From contig OX597823.1 in assembly GCA_951406725.2 (NCBI GenBank), positions 91,450,001-91,514,000 of the forward strand: a DNA stretch of 64,000 bases, in the 5' to 3' direction. The translations under genes and the position numbers were made by a program. Positions 23,810 through 37,309 of this stretch are shown here, piece after piece; position 1 is the stretch's first letter, and every line of letters begins with the position of its first letter. A model generated the notes under the pieces. It did not search any database. It saw nothing but the letters and a program-made list of their open reading frames with translations, and was not told the DNA's origin. This stretch comes from Octopus vulgaris. Its lineage: Eukaryota.

Positions 23810-24260
23810 TTCCCGAGCCAGTGGCACGTAAAAAGTACCATTTGAGCATGCCAGTGCCGCCAGACTGGCACCCATGCCAGGGGTACGTAAAAAGAACCAT
23901 TTGAGTGTGGTCGATGCCAGTGCCGCCTGACTGGCACCTTTGCTAGTGGCACATAAGAAGCGCCATTCGTGTGTGGTTGATGCCAGTGCTGCCAGACTGG
24001 CTCCCATGACAGTGGAACATAAAAAGCACCATTTGAGTGTGACCAATGCCAGTGTCGCTTGACTGCCTCCCATGCTGGTGGCATGTCAAAAGCACCCTCT
24101 ACACCCTGAGAGTGGTTGACATTAGGAAGAGCATCCAGCTGTAGAAACCTTGCCAGATCAGATTGGAGCCCAGTGCAGCCTCCTGGCTTGCCAGTTCTCA
24201 ATCAATCCATCCAACCCATGCCAGCAGGGAAAGCAGATGTTAAACGACGACGATGATCTA
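23810..24260 (+). mobile_element. RTE 3' UTR fragment with ~5 hairpin units
   Basis: ggcacgtaaaaagcaccatttgag...gccagtgccgcc.gactggc repeats; (gac/gat)n tail. Confidence 0.8.
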
Positions 24261-24532
24261 TGAGTGTTTGTTTTTATATCTCTGTTTGCGCCCCCCCTCC
24301 CCACTTCACTGACACTCGACAAGTGGCATTGGTATGTTCACTTCCCCAAAATTTCCAGCAAAAAGTCACTGATAGAATAAGTACCAGGCTTAACAAAAAC
24401 AAGTGACAAGTACCGAGGTTGATTCATTCAGCTAAAAAAAATTCTTCAAAGTGGTGCTCCAGCATGGGCTGCAGTCTAATGACTGAAATAAAAGGAATAT
24501 AAAGAAAACAAAACATGAGATTGTTTATAAGA

Positions 24533-24929
24533 TACTAGCAGTATCGCTCGGGGTTGCTCGGGTTTGTAAGGGAAATAACTATATAAGCATTTTTAGAGAT
24601 GTAAAGTATAATAACTATCTCAATATGGCTAACCACAAAGGGGAGGGGTGCTGTAGCTTTTTACGTTCTGAGATTTAATAATAAATTTTTAGAGAGTTAC
24701 TTCCCTTATATATGCCAAAAATGCATTAAAAATGGGAAAAATTGATGGTAAATTTTTTTTTAATCGTAGACTCATCGTAGACGCGCGCTAATACCCAAAA
24801 GGGCTCGATATGAATCACGACTATAAGATACCCGGTTTTGGTTACACTGCACCGCAAAATGTGGGAGTAGTTAGGAATCTAAATCGTAGGAGACAGACAG
24901 CACACAACCTCACTTTTATATATAAAGAT
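24533..24929 (-). mobile_element. Non-autonomous Helitron-like element
   Basis: Minus-strand 5' a|TCtttatatataaaa and 3' hairpin + CTAG|t; homologous to 12330-12858. Confidence 0.75.
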
Positions 24930-25774
24930 TTAGTTACATCATCTTACGTATATTTCATTAACATAAGGTGATTATTAGTTACAATATATAAATTATAGAC
25001 CTGAATGAAATCGGGTCATAAAACTGAAACAAGTAAAACAATCTAATCTATAAAATGAAGAAGGCGAACGTTGATACAAATTGATATCGCTTGACAACCG
25101 ATGTTGGTGTATTTATGTCCTTGTAACTTAGTGGTTCGGCAAAACAGACCGATAGTATAAGTACTAGGCTTAAGGAGAATAAGTCCTGGGGGTCAATTTC
25201 TTTGACTAAAGGTGGTGCTCCAGCATGGTCGCAGTTAAATGACTGAAACAAGTAAATGAATAACAATGCAAGGTGAACCACACAACGGAAGCTCTGTATT
25301 GTCACTTGGGTCATTACAAATGGTAGTCAATTCTCCCTCAAAACATACTTCACAAACTTAGAGAAAGATAAGACATATACAACGTGATCAGGGTAAATTT
25401 GACAATTGTTATTTCGCCTTTCTTCAATAACAGCTTGATGCATTGGTGAACATGTATTCGTGAACAGTCAATGGCTTGAAATGTTCATCGATACATACTT
25501 GAGAGCCTAAGGATTAACGATGCAGTTGAGAAAAAGTTAGCTGACATGGAGGATTGGAAGCCATCTGAATAGACGAAAAGGAGGTACCTGTATCGTGAAT
25601 ATTCAGGCCAGCTGTTAAAATGCCAACATCATGCCTTCTGCTCAATGCGGACCAGACGACCTACGAGAGCAAACCAGTCAATGTAGGGGTGAGTCCAGGG
25701 AGCAAGGGACAGCCACCCCAACGGCGATCAGATCGCCGTTGGGGTGCCTGTCTCTTGCTCCCCGGCCACAGTCA

Positions 25775-26100
25775 ACCCTGCGAGAGCGGGTTGGGTCATG
25801 ACAGCCATAATGTTCAATATGAAGGATGGGGCCAAGATACTGAAGGCCACAAGAACTAACAAACTCAGTTACTGGGGATATGAGATCGAACTCACTATCC
25901 AGGCAACAGTAGAGGATTTGAATAGGATTGCTGGAGGAGATAGTGCTACCGGACGACTCAAGATTAAGAATGAAAGTAGAGGGCAGGTCGCCAGTATGTT
26001 TTGAATGTGGAGAGAAGGGCAACATGAAGGCATGGTGCACCCAGAAAAAGCAACAAGCAGAGCAGGTGGAGAGACAAGAGAGCGTGAACCAGGCAGAACA
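25775..26100 (+). pseudogene. L1/Tx1-like ORF1 C-terminal remnant
   Basis: RAGWVMTAIM..KILKATRT and LRMKVEGRSPVCFECGEKGNMKAWC align with the 11440-11700 translation. Confidence 0.7.
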
Positions 26101-26104
26101 GGTC

Positions 26105-26600
26105 AAGACTGCCTCTGGTAATATACTGAATTTTGCTCTATATAGGTTTTAGGCATTTTTCAATTTCGGATTCGACTACATAGACGATATTTTTTTTCTT
26201 TTGCTTTCAAAGTTTTGTAAATAATTGTTCTTCTCTCGACCTTTTCTTGTAGTTGTTTTGGGGCTATGAACAGCGTTTCGTTTCCCTCTCTCTCAACCAT
26301 TTGTTTGTGTCGCTGTAAGTTTTCCGTATTTACTTTCCTTGTCGTTGCCCCGGTTGCAGTGGCAAAGTTCATTTTCTTTACTTTTTCCTTTTCTTCTTCA
26401 ATCTTTTCTTTTGTTAACCGGCTTGGTACACCGATTCTTCTCTTTATTGTTGCTGGTTTCTTCTTTACTTCCTCCTCCTCCAAAGCCAAATAGTTCTCCA
26501 CAATCTTCTCCAATTCTTCCTCCGTCATGGTCGAAGTACTCGCCATCTTACAGGTGTTCCCCCAACGAGGCAACACAGCACAAGTTCAACAAATAAGTAT
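26105..26600 (-). pseudogene. L1/Tx1-like ORF1 N-terminal remnant
   Basis: RKVNTENLQRH..PKQLQEKVERRTIIYK..EIEKCL..IQYITRG aligns with RKEVDLSRMKEH..PQRIMDGIKRRMVIYK..KIEKAV..VIYMTRG. Confidence 0.7.
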
Positions 26601-26963
26601 TTAACAACAGAACAGGGGAAAACAATAACAACTTCAATCCAACTACGTTGTGCACGGTACCAAATCGAATCTTCTCAAAAGTTCACTAACCAAATAAGGA
26701 TTGACAGGCGAACTTTTACCTAATCATGCAAATAATAGCTTATGGGAATATTCTATTTTGTACTGAAATAAGTTAAGATTAAATTAAAATAAGTTAGGAT
26801 TAAAGATTTGTATATAAGTGTTCACTGGATCTAATCCAGATCTTATTTTCAAAAGTCTTAAAGTTACATTTTTTTAAAAATTTTAATTTTAAAGTCTAAA
26901 GATTTTTCAGTTGCTAAATATTTATGCTTACAACATACTAAAATGTCTGTAATTTTATTTAAG

Positions 26964-27260
26964 AATCTCTCTATATATAAAGATGAGAATGTGTGTGTCT
27001 GTGTGTATCTGTCTGTCTGTGTGTCAATCTGTGTGAATCCCTAAAACTCGAGAACTACGCAACCGATTTCATTCAAATTTTACACATGCCTTACTTAGGG
27101 TTCATGTAGTGTCATAAACCAAAAACATTTTCAACTTCTTGCCTAATGCGAGCCCAGAGCAATCTCTTATCTCTTACACTATTTCAGTATTACGTGTCAA
27201 AAGTGAAACAATAACATCTCTCAATTGCAATGTGAGATACTTTCGTTTTAACTTCACACA
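26964..27260 (+). mobile_element. Helitron-like 5' fragment
   Basis: tctctatatataaa start, (ctgt)n tract, aactacgcaaccgatttcattcaaattt; no 3' CTAG end seen. Confidence 0.5.
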
Positions 27261-27264
27261 CACG

Positions 27265-27304
<40 letters not shown>

Positions 27305-27804
27305 CACGCACACGCACACGCTCGGACAAGTTGTTTTGAGAAAATTTGGTTTAAATGTTTGACAACTCAGCACCGTCCATTGGACAGGGGGCGTTTTGCT
27401 CGTATATATATATATATGTATACACACACACATATATATATATATACATCCATCCATATGTATATATATGTGTGTGTGTGTATGCATGTATCTGTGTGTT
27501 TATGTATATATATATATTTATATATCATTATTTCTATCCCACTCTCTATATATGTACATTGCATACAAATCACACGGACATAGGTATATGTAAGCATATA
27601 CACGTCACGTTCGCCAGCGCACTTTTTTTTTTCATATTCGTTTACTACACGTTGTTGTGCACCTATTACACTATTTTTTTTGTTTGTTTTTGCTCGGGTT
27701 CAAGGTCTGACTATGTGAATTTTCCAAGTCCTCTCCCTCACTCCCCGTTCGCAAGCGCGCATTTTTTTCATATTCGTTCAGAGCAAGTTGTTTTACACCT
27801 ATCA

Positions 27805-28132
27805 CACTATTGCACTGCATATAGAGTGGGGGATATCAGGTGTAGTGTTGATGATTCAAGGAAGCACTGAAGTTTTAAAGGATGCAATGTCTTGGCAACT
27901 AACAAATGATGCAGGCAGTTTGTTCCATACTTCATCAACTCTGAGTGTGAAAAAAAATTTCCGAAAGTCATGGGAGCTGTGCTGTTTCCTGACTTTGTAG
28001 GCATGCCCACATGTGTTAGACACATGAAGCTCAAAAAGGTGCTCAATGTGGTTGTAAACCTGTGTGAATTCTGCATGAATTGGGAAACGATGGTGCTGGG
28101 AATTTTGTAAATAGGGTGATAAGCCTTCACAG
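27805..28132 (-). mobile_element. CR1-clade LINE 3' fragment
   Basis: TCGHAYKV..RKFFFTLRVDEVWNKLPASFVS..SFK, a typical CR1 ORF2 C-terminus. Confidence 0.8.
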
Positions 28133-28159
28133 TATATATTATTTCCCATGTGTACGAAT

Positions 28160-28544
28160 TCTTTTCTTCTACTGGTTTCAGTCATTTGACTGTGGTCATG
28201 CTGGAGCACCACCTTTAGTTGACAAATCGACCCCAGGATTTATTCTTCGTAAGCCTAGTACTTATTTTATTAGCTCCTTTTGCCGAACCGCTAAGTTATG
28301 GACATGTAAACACACCAACATCAGTTGTCAAGTGATAGTGTGGGGACAAACACAGACACACAAATACATACATACATATATATGATGGGCTTCCTTCAGT
28401 CTCTGTCTACCAAATCCATTCATAAGGCTTTGGTCGGCCTGAGGCTATAGTAGAAGACACTTGCCCAAGGTGTCTCACACTGGGGCAGAACCAAGAACCA
28501 TGTAGCTGGGAAACAAGCTCTTTACCACACAGCCGCGCCTGCCC
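28160..28544 (-). mobile_element. SINE family A, full copy
   Basis: Homology to 62278-62676. Confidence 0.85.
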
Positions 28545-28784
28545 CCTTTTCTCTGTTTATTGGGTTTATTGGCCCTTAATATTAGACTATTTTCAATTAA
28601 TGATGAAGGCTTATGATTCTATCTACACTGTTTTAGGCAGCAAACTGGCAGAATTTCATCTGCTACTTGTTCTGAGTTCAAACTCCGCCGAGGTCGACTT
28701 TGCCTTTTATCCTCTCAGAGTCGATAAATTAAGTACCAGTTGAATAATGGGGTCGATGTGATCGATTATCCCCCTCCCCTAACA

Positions 28785-29201
28785 AACACAGAGAGACAGA
28801 AAGACACACACACACACACACACACAGACGCATACACAGACGCGTGCACACACAGACGCATACACAGACATACGGACACACACACACACACACACACACA
28901 GATGCATACGCAGAGACGCGCGCACACACACAGATGCATACACAGACGCACACACACACAGACATACACAGACGCATACACAGACGTGCGGACACACACA
29001 CACACACACACAGACGCATACACAGACACGCGCGCACACACATACAGATGCGTACACAGACACGTGCACACACACATACAGATGCATACACAGACACGCG
29101 CACACACACACACACAGATGCATACGCAGACACGCGCACACACACACACAGATGCATACACAGACACGTGCACACACACAGATGCATACACAGACACACA
29201 G

Positions 29202-29230
<29 letters not shown>
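28785..29230. repeat. (CA)n-based minisatellite with cagacgcatacacagac units
   Basis: Direct reading. Confidence 0.9.
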
Positions 29231-29232
<2 letters not shown>

Positions 29233-29830
29233 ACGTGCATCTTTCAGTTTCCATCTACCAAGTCCCCTCACATGGCTTTGGTCAGCCCAATGCTATAGTA
29301 GAAGAGACTTGCGCATGGTACCACCAAGTGGTACTGGACCCAGAACCGTGTGGTTGGGAAGCGAACTGCTTACCACACAGCCCCACCGGGCAGAATGGCT
29401 ACATGAGTTATTGAAGCTCCAAACATCCAGAGACGAAATTCTGCTGAAAGCAGCTTTGACTTTTATCTACAAGAAGGTGATTAATAAAATATCACCGACT
29501 GATCTTGGTTCTTATTACCTCCATCTTACTCCCTCTTCCTCATCTCTCTCTCTCTCTCTCTTACTCTCTCTTCCTCCTCTCTTTGTTACATGCTCTTGTA
29601 GAACTTTTCTCACTGTGCCGTGAGAGGGTGTTGAGAAACTGAACACAGTGTTTGTGATGCCATGAAAGATACGAGAACCTACTGTGGTGTAATTAAACAT
29701 CCATAAAACTAAAGAAGTCAACTGTCAACGTTTGCAGGTGATAGATCGTCTTCAGGTGTGAAAAATCCAATGTTTATGCAGAAAGAGAAAGAGAGAGTAT
29801 GTATATATATATGTATATATATATATATAT

Positions 29831-30030
29831 AGGGAGAGTTTACGAGAAAAACAAAAGACGAAAACAGGAGGTGTACAAAACAAACAGATGTATTAGTATA
29901 ACGCTCAGGAATAGAAAAAGTCTTTTACGTTTCGAGCCTACGCTCTTCCACAGAAAGGGACACGGAAAAAACGAGAGAAACAAGGAGAGAAAAAAATGTG
30001 TGTGGTGGCTATCGGCCGTCCACCTCGTGC
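29831..30030 (-). mobile_element. Penelope-type terminal repeat with hammerhead-like motif
   Basis: Homologous to 41520-41718; minus strand cttt-ctgtgga-a-gagc gtag gctc-gaa-acgt-a-aaag. Confidence 0.7.
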
Positions 30031-30110
30031 CTCGTCGATAACACATGGACATAAAGGGGTAGGCCACCGGTTTATGGGGTTACCCTGGGTTTCTCGCCCA
30101 AAAGGGGATT

Positions 30111-30166
<56 letters not shown>

Positions 30167-30299
30167 TTACATATAAAACACACTTATACATATGGCCAGC
30201 TTACAATAAGAGTGCCTTCAGCAATAGTTTTCACACTTGTGGAGGGACAGTGAGTGAGAGAGAGAGAGAAGGTCAGAGAGTACATACACCCATACACAT

Positions 30300-30354
<55 letters not shown>

Positions 30355-30382
30355 TAAAGGGGTAGGCCACCGGTTTATGGGG

Positions 30383-30581
30383 TTATCCTGAGTTTCTCAC
30401 TCAAAAGGGGATTAGCCCTACACTGTATTTTCAGACCTCGAACACTGCTGGCCTAAGACCTCTTCAAAATATGGAGGGGAATTTCCCCCTCCGTATTTTG
30501 AAGAGGTCTTAGGCTGGGGTGCTTGGGGTCTGAAGATACACCGTAAGGTTAAACCCCTTATGAGCAAGAAACCCAGGGTAA
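30383..30581. repeat. Foldback/MITE-like palindrome
   Basis: gcctaagacctcttcaaaata.ggagggg / cccctcc.tattttgaagaggtcttaggc, extending imperfectly ~100 bp on each side. Confidence 0.8.
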
Positions 30582-31082
30582 AACAATTATAATATTAACA
30601 TCCTAGGGTGTGTTTCTCCTCTGCCTTTATGTATTTCTACGAACGATATATGTTTATTTTAAACCTGGTACTTATTGTAGCAATGTTTTTTGCCAAACTG
30701 TGAAGTTACAGGGACGTAAACAAACCAGCGCCAGTTGTCAAATGTTGGTGTGGAACAAACACAGACAGAAAGACACACACACAGACGCATACACAGACGC
30801 GTGTGCTCGCACACACACACACACACACATACATGTCTGTTATAACTGAAAGGCTTCCATTTCTAGTATTCCAAGCTGCTCATTTCCGATGACCAGGTGG
30901 TAGATGGAGCCTGGTTTTCTTTTGAAATTTTCACTGTCTGAATATTTTTTGAAATATGAAATGCAAGTTGAAAGGGAGTGCAAAAACATAAAGATAAGCA
31001 TTTCAGTTTTAAATAAGCTTTTCTGTTGTAATGTATTAAAGATAACTTCTGGTAAATTAAAAAAAATTATGTAACCACATCA

Positions 31083-31247
31083 TTGGCGATTGTCTTCCTC
31101 CGACTTCCCTTCTTTTGTTTCTGAAAAAGAGCATCTGCTCAAAATGCTAAACCATCTATCTTTCCTTCCCTGAACGTCTGCTGATACTTTACATGTACCA
31201 CGTCCTTGCATTGTTGTCTTTTTGTGTTTGTTCTTCATTTTTGGATT

Positions 31248-31250
<3 letters not shown>
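31083..31250 (+). mobile_element. Degenerate Penelope-type terminal repeat
   Basis: Homologous to 42680-42865; decayed core ctgaaaa-a-gagc..gctc-aaaatg; ends at (TA)n. Confidence 0.6.
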
Positions 31251-31287
<37 letters not shown>

Positions 31288-31619
31288 ATTTGCTATGGAA
31301 TAAAAATTCCGGCATAACAGGGGTTCAAATTATTCTCAATGAGGAAATATATATTTTTTCATTTAGAGATAGTAGGCCCTTTCATCCCACCATATAAAAG
31401 AATTTTAATTTAATTCATACTTAGTACTTATATCTTGGCTACACGTGTTTCTTGAAGTTCATTTCCAGGTTTATTAACCACACCCTGTTTTGCTGGAACC
31501 TTTCTTAAAGTGTAACCCCAATCATCAGGCCTCTACATCACTTTATCATAGTTTGATACTAAAGACTATATTTTAATTTTTTAATATTTTTATTTTATAC
31601 ACACACACACACACACACA

Positions 31620-31889
31620 CAATTGCAGCATGGACGGTATTTAAGAAACACACAAAAACCGTCAGATTCACTTCAACATTTAAATTTGATTTGCCAAAAT
31701 ATTTTCGTCGCTTTGAGACCACGACCTCTTCACAGACAAAATTGCGTGCTGCATTTGATGTCATGGAACAGGTTGTAGTCTCAAACAGACGAAAATATTT
31801 TGGCAAAATTAAATTTAAATGTTGAAGTGAATCTAACGGTTTTTGTGTGTTTCTTAAATGGCTTATAAATACCTTCCATACTGCAATTG
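31620..31889. repeat. Inverted repeat (~110-bp arms) with decayed hammerhead-like motif
   Basis: agattcacttcaacatttaaattt / aaatttaaatgttgaagtgaatct and flanking matches. Confidence 0.8.
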
Positions 31890-32076
31890 TTTTCGTTCCA
31901 GCACTCGATCTCAGATCAGGTCACTTGCTATGCAAGTACATCTCTGTAATAACTATATATACACTGTTTTGAATGATAATATATGTAACTCTTACTAAAT
32001 ATATTGAGTGTCTTTTGCTTTCATTTCTTCACTCACTCATATATACATATATCTATATATAATGTATGAATATATG

Positions 32077-32112
<36 letters not shown>

Positions 32113-32145
32113 CACACATACATACACACACACACACACATATAC

Positions 32146-32178
<33 letters not shown>

Positions 32179-32331
32179 TGTATAAATATATATATAGACA
32201 CACAAAGATGTCTTAGGTCTGTCTTGCCTTTTATCTTTTTCTGGTCAATAAAGCACTAATCTAATACTGAAGTTGACTAATCTCTCCTTTCTCACTTGCA
32301 CTCATCTCCTTTCTCTCACTACTTACTCTCT

Positions 32332-32379
<48 letters not shown>

Positions 32380-32609
32380 CTCTGTCCCTCCACAAGTGTG
32401 AAAACTATTGCTGAAGGCACTTTTCTTCTAAGCTGGCCATATGTCACGACAGCTTCCCTATGACTTCATTAGGAAGAGGCAGCGGAGTGTCCAATAATAT
32501 TGTGTGCATGCATATATATATGTGTGTGTGTATATATATATATATATATACATACACACACACACACACACACATACACACATATATATATACATATATA
32601 TATACATAT

Positions 32610-32651
<42 letters not shown>

Positions 32652-32949
32652 GGGATATATATATATATATATGGGTGAGTGTAAATATATATAAATGTAC
32701 AAATACACCTACATATTATACGCATCTACATAGACATATACACATAAGAATATGATACAGTGGTTGTGTCAAAGTTTTCTTGGTTAGTTTCTGGTTGGTG
32801 TCATCCCCCATCTCTTACACATCACACGCCTCCAAGTTATGTCACAGCCAGCAGCATTCAACTAATGCCACAACAACATGACTGTATCTCTCGCTAATCT
32901 TTCACTCGACGATGATTAATATATTCTCTCGACCAATCAGATCTGATCA

Positions 32950-33010
<61 letters not shown>

Positions 33011-34679
33011 TCTATGATTGAAATATTTCAAAGAATCTACAAAGTTGTTTGTACAAATTAAACCACTGCGAGACTTTACATCAATCAGTTGCGAACCAAT
33101 ATTTGAACTAGTTTTATGTTTCAATTAAACTATGTACTTAAAGTATTTTCCCCTCCGCTATTTCACAAACATGCAATGAAGCCAAGAATTAATTTACAGT
33201 TTATTTTTCTTTACTTTCTGCTTGTTTTTTGTTTTTTTTTGGTCTTCTTTTGCATCGTTATTTTACATCGAATATAATGGTAAAAAAAAACCAAACACAA
33301 AATCTAAACAAAACAGAAACAAGTGTTTGCGATCATTTTCAGTTTGCAGTTTTCATACAATCTTATGTTAAATAAATACTTTGGGAAAACATACGAGAAA
33401 CATCAGAATTCTGTAGAACACAGATGCTGTCTCAGTCTTCAATTAAATTATTATTATTATTATTATTTAAGTTTCCACTCACTAATGTCACTTGTGAAAA
33501 ATGGTAAAAACCATGCTATAATTATTTAAGGTTTCTTACTTACAAAAGATGTAGCAGTTAGTTGGAATTCAGCATCAACTATTTTTATGTAAAGCATGTG
33601 AAAGTGCATGGCTTAGTGGTTAGGGTGTTGCACTCATGAATACTAGATCAGGATTTCAATTCCTGGATTCAGCAGTGTGTTGTGTTCTTGAGCAAAGCAC
33701 TTCATTTCGCATTACACCATTCCACTCAGCTGCAAATGGGCCGTAGGGCCTGAAATGTTTTGGGGGCCAGTTAATTAGACCGACCCCAGTATGCAGCGGG
33801 TACTAAATTTATCGACCCCGAAAGGAGGAAAGGCAAAGTCAACCATGGTGGAATTTGAACTCAGAACGTAAAGACAGACGAAATAGCAAATGAGTCAATT
33901 TTCGACAGACCAGCCTTCCAATCAGGGGGAATGTTGACCTCTTGCCTCACCAGTAGGGGGGGAGGGGGCAATATTCAAAAGCTAAATAAGGCAGCGAGCT
34001 GGTAGAAACTTTAGCACTCCGGGTGAAATGCTAAGCAGTATTTTGTCTGTCTTTACATTCTGAGTTCAAATTCTGCCCATGTCGACTTTGCCTTTCATCC
34101 TTTCGTGGTCAATAAATTAAGTACCAGTTGCATACTGGGGTCGATCTAATTAACTGCCCTCCCTCCTCAAGAATTTTGGGCCTTGTGTCTAAAGTAGAGA
34201 AGATTATTCAAAAACTAAAATGATGCAAAGTGCATTGTGACTAGTGATGTGTAACAACATCTGATAGTCTGATTGATCATTACTAGTATTTCTAATGGAA
34301 AATCTGGGATGATGACAATCAATGTTAATTGAAATCTGAGAACACTGGCCCTTGCATACTTTAGTGTTACTGCTAAAGAGTGTAGCAGATAAAACCTCTG
34401 GTTTTATCTGAGTATCAGATGTTGTTACACATCACTGGTCACAATGCACTTTGCATCATTTTAGTTTTTTAATAATCTTTTCTACTTTAGACTCAAGGCC
34501 CGAAATTCATGAGGAAACAGGGCAGTCAATCAGATCGACCCCAGTACGCAACTGGTACTTAATTGAAAACTGCTCCAAGAGCAAGCATTTGGTCTGCATC
34601 AATTCAAACCGTGATGGTTGCTAAAAATGTAACGAAGTTTTTCCCTCAGCTCTTAATATGGTTTAAGTAGGTGCACACC

Positions 34680-35075
34680 TCTTTACTCTTTTTTTACTCT
34701 TTTACTTGTTTCAGTCATTTGACTGTGGCCATGCTGGAGCACAGCCTTTAGTCGAGCAAATCAACCTCAGGACTTATTCTTTGTAAGCCTAGTACTTATT
34801 CTAGCAGTCTCTTTTGCCGAACCGCTAAGTTACGGAGACATAAACATACCAGCATCGGTTGTCAAGCAATATTGGTGGGGGACAAACACAGACACATACA
34901 CACACACACACACACACATATACGACGGGCTTCCATCTACGAAATCCACTCACAAGGCTTTCATCGGCCCGAGGCTAAAGTAGAAGACACTTGCCCAAGG
35001 TGCCACACAGTGGGACTAAACCCGGAATCATGTGGTTGGTAAGCTAGCTACTTACCACACAGCCACTCCTGCGCC
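34680..35075 (-). mobile_element. SINE family A, full copy
   Basis: Homology to 62278-62676. Confidence 0.85.
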
Positions 35076-35389
35076 TTTTATTTGTTGTTGAAATGTGTAT
35101 CAGGCGTCACCGAGAATATCAGTGCTCAAAACTATTTCAGCTTTGATCAGCATTTATATATATGTGTACCTAAGATTATGTTATATGAAGGCGCATGGCC
35201 TTGCAATTAGGCAACTGTTGCCCTGAAGATCACAAGATCATGGTTTCGTTTCTGAGACCAGGCAGTGCATTGCATCCTTGAACGAAACATTCCATTCCAC
35301 ATTGCTTCAGTCCACTCAGCCGTAAATGAAGAACCCTGTGATGAACCAGCATCCTATTCAGGAGAAATGCTGAAATCTCAGCCAGTTTG

Positions 35390-35970
35390 CATCATCATCA
35401 TCAACATCATCATTTAACGTCCGTTTTCCATGCTAGCATGGGTTGAATGGTTCGACCGGGGTCTGGGAAGCCAGGAGACTGAACCAGGCTCCAGTCTGAT
35501 CTGGCAATGATTCTACAGCTGGATGTCCTTCCTAACACCAGCCATTCCGTGAGTGTAGTGGGCTTTTTTACGTTCCACTGGCACAGGGGCCAGAGCAAGC
35601 TGGCAAACGGCCATGATCGGCTGGTGCTTTTACGTGTTACTGACACGGACGCCAGTCAGGCGGCACTGGCATCTGCCACGTTCGGACGGTGCTTTTTACG
35701 TGTCACCGGCATGGGTGTCTAAACTACAATTTCCATTTCAATTTTTACTTTGATGTTGATGTACTTGACTCAATAGGTCTCTTCAAGAAGAGCGGGTCAC
35801 TCTACATCCAAGGTTAGCACAGCAGGCCATCCTGCGAACCATGAACTCACTTCATTTGTTGGGTCTTCAAAGTCACAGCATATCTCCAGAGGTCATGCTT
35901 GACCATCACGTCCCTTGTCTTCCTGGGTCTACCTCTACCCCGGATTCCTTCAACAGTTTGGGAGTGGCAC
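35390..35970 (-). mobile_element. RTE 3' fragment (C-terminus + 3' UTR + tail)
   Basis: ggtagaggtagacccaggaagac (GRGRPRK) on the minus strand, hairpin units, (gat)n tail. Confidence 0.85.
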
Positions 35971-36431
35971 AGCCCTACGAGCCCTAGGACTCAAGACAGC
36001 ACTTTCCAGGAGATGATGGGTATAAAACTATACTGCCTTCTATGATCCTACTTTATTTAAATTCAGCTGGATATGATTTTGAGGTTCCTTTCAGCTGTTC
36101 ATGCTAAGAATCATCTGTCTCTGTCTCATGGTATGGGAAGGAGATAAGCTTATAATCCGTTATACGCTTATCCCTGTTGGTTGTTTAAGTTGGAGAAAAG
36201 GCACAGAGAGGAGGCCCTTAAGAAAATGTCTTATAGGAATAGTGGAATAGGGAATTAGCAGAGCCTGACATTAGGAAGGCAAACAAAGGAGTGGTGAGTT
36301 CAAATCTGAAGGTGATTTGTATTAGGGATCAACTGACAACTGGGGGAAACGAGTGGTGTTAAGGATGAAAGGTAAGTGAGGCAGTAAAATTGCTGGTTTA
36401 TGGAAGCAAAACATGGAAACAGAACCAAGGC

Positions 36432-36479
<48 letters not shown>

Positions 36480-37075
36480 CGATGATGACGATGGCGATGA
36501 TAATGACAACTGTGATGATGATGTTGATCATGAGGACAATGGTGATGATGATGATGATGACGACGATGACAATGACAATGGCAACGATGATGACAAAGAC
36601 GACGGTGATGATGATGTTGATCATGATGACAATGGTGATGATAATGATAGTGATGATGAGGATCATGATGATGCTGATGATGACGATGACAATGACGCCG
36701 CCGATAATAACGATGACGGTGATGATGATGTTGATCATGATGACAATGGTGATAGTGATGATGATGATGACCTTGAAAACAGCAACAGTAATGATGATGA
36801 TGATGATATTGATGATGATGATGATGCTGATGATGATCTCGACAACAGCAATAACTATAGTGATGACAACAATAACAACATCAATGATAATGGTAAAGAC
36901 AACAATAACGATGACGGTCATGGTTGGGGTGCTGATGACAGAGATGAAAATGACGATGATGATGATAACGAAGACAACTGCAATAAGGATGGCAAAGACA
37001 TCTATGATGACGACGACGATGACGACTATAAGGGGGGGAGGAATACAATGTTGTTGATGATGATGATGATGATGT
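36432..37075. repeat. Compound (GAT)/(GAC)/(AAT) array
   Basis: Direct reading; recurring gatgttgatcatga block. Confidence 0.95.
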
Positions 37076-37277
37076 AAATGACTCGCAAAGCAGCAATAAA
37101 TAAATAAATAACAAAAGCCAATTGAATCCATTCATCTGAATGATGTAACATTAAAAATGCATTAGCTTATAACAAGATATAACACGCTATAACTGTCACA
37201 ACACGTGTGCACACACACATACGCATACCTCTACGTATACACACACATACTTCTACACACATGCACGTGTATGCTTG

Positions 37278-37309
<32 letters not shown>

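Noticed and set aside
36322-37131. Asp-rich ORF resembling acidic biomineral proteins
   Set aside because: Trinucleotide array open in several frames; no signal peptide or splice evidence
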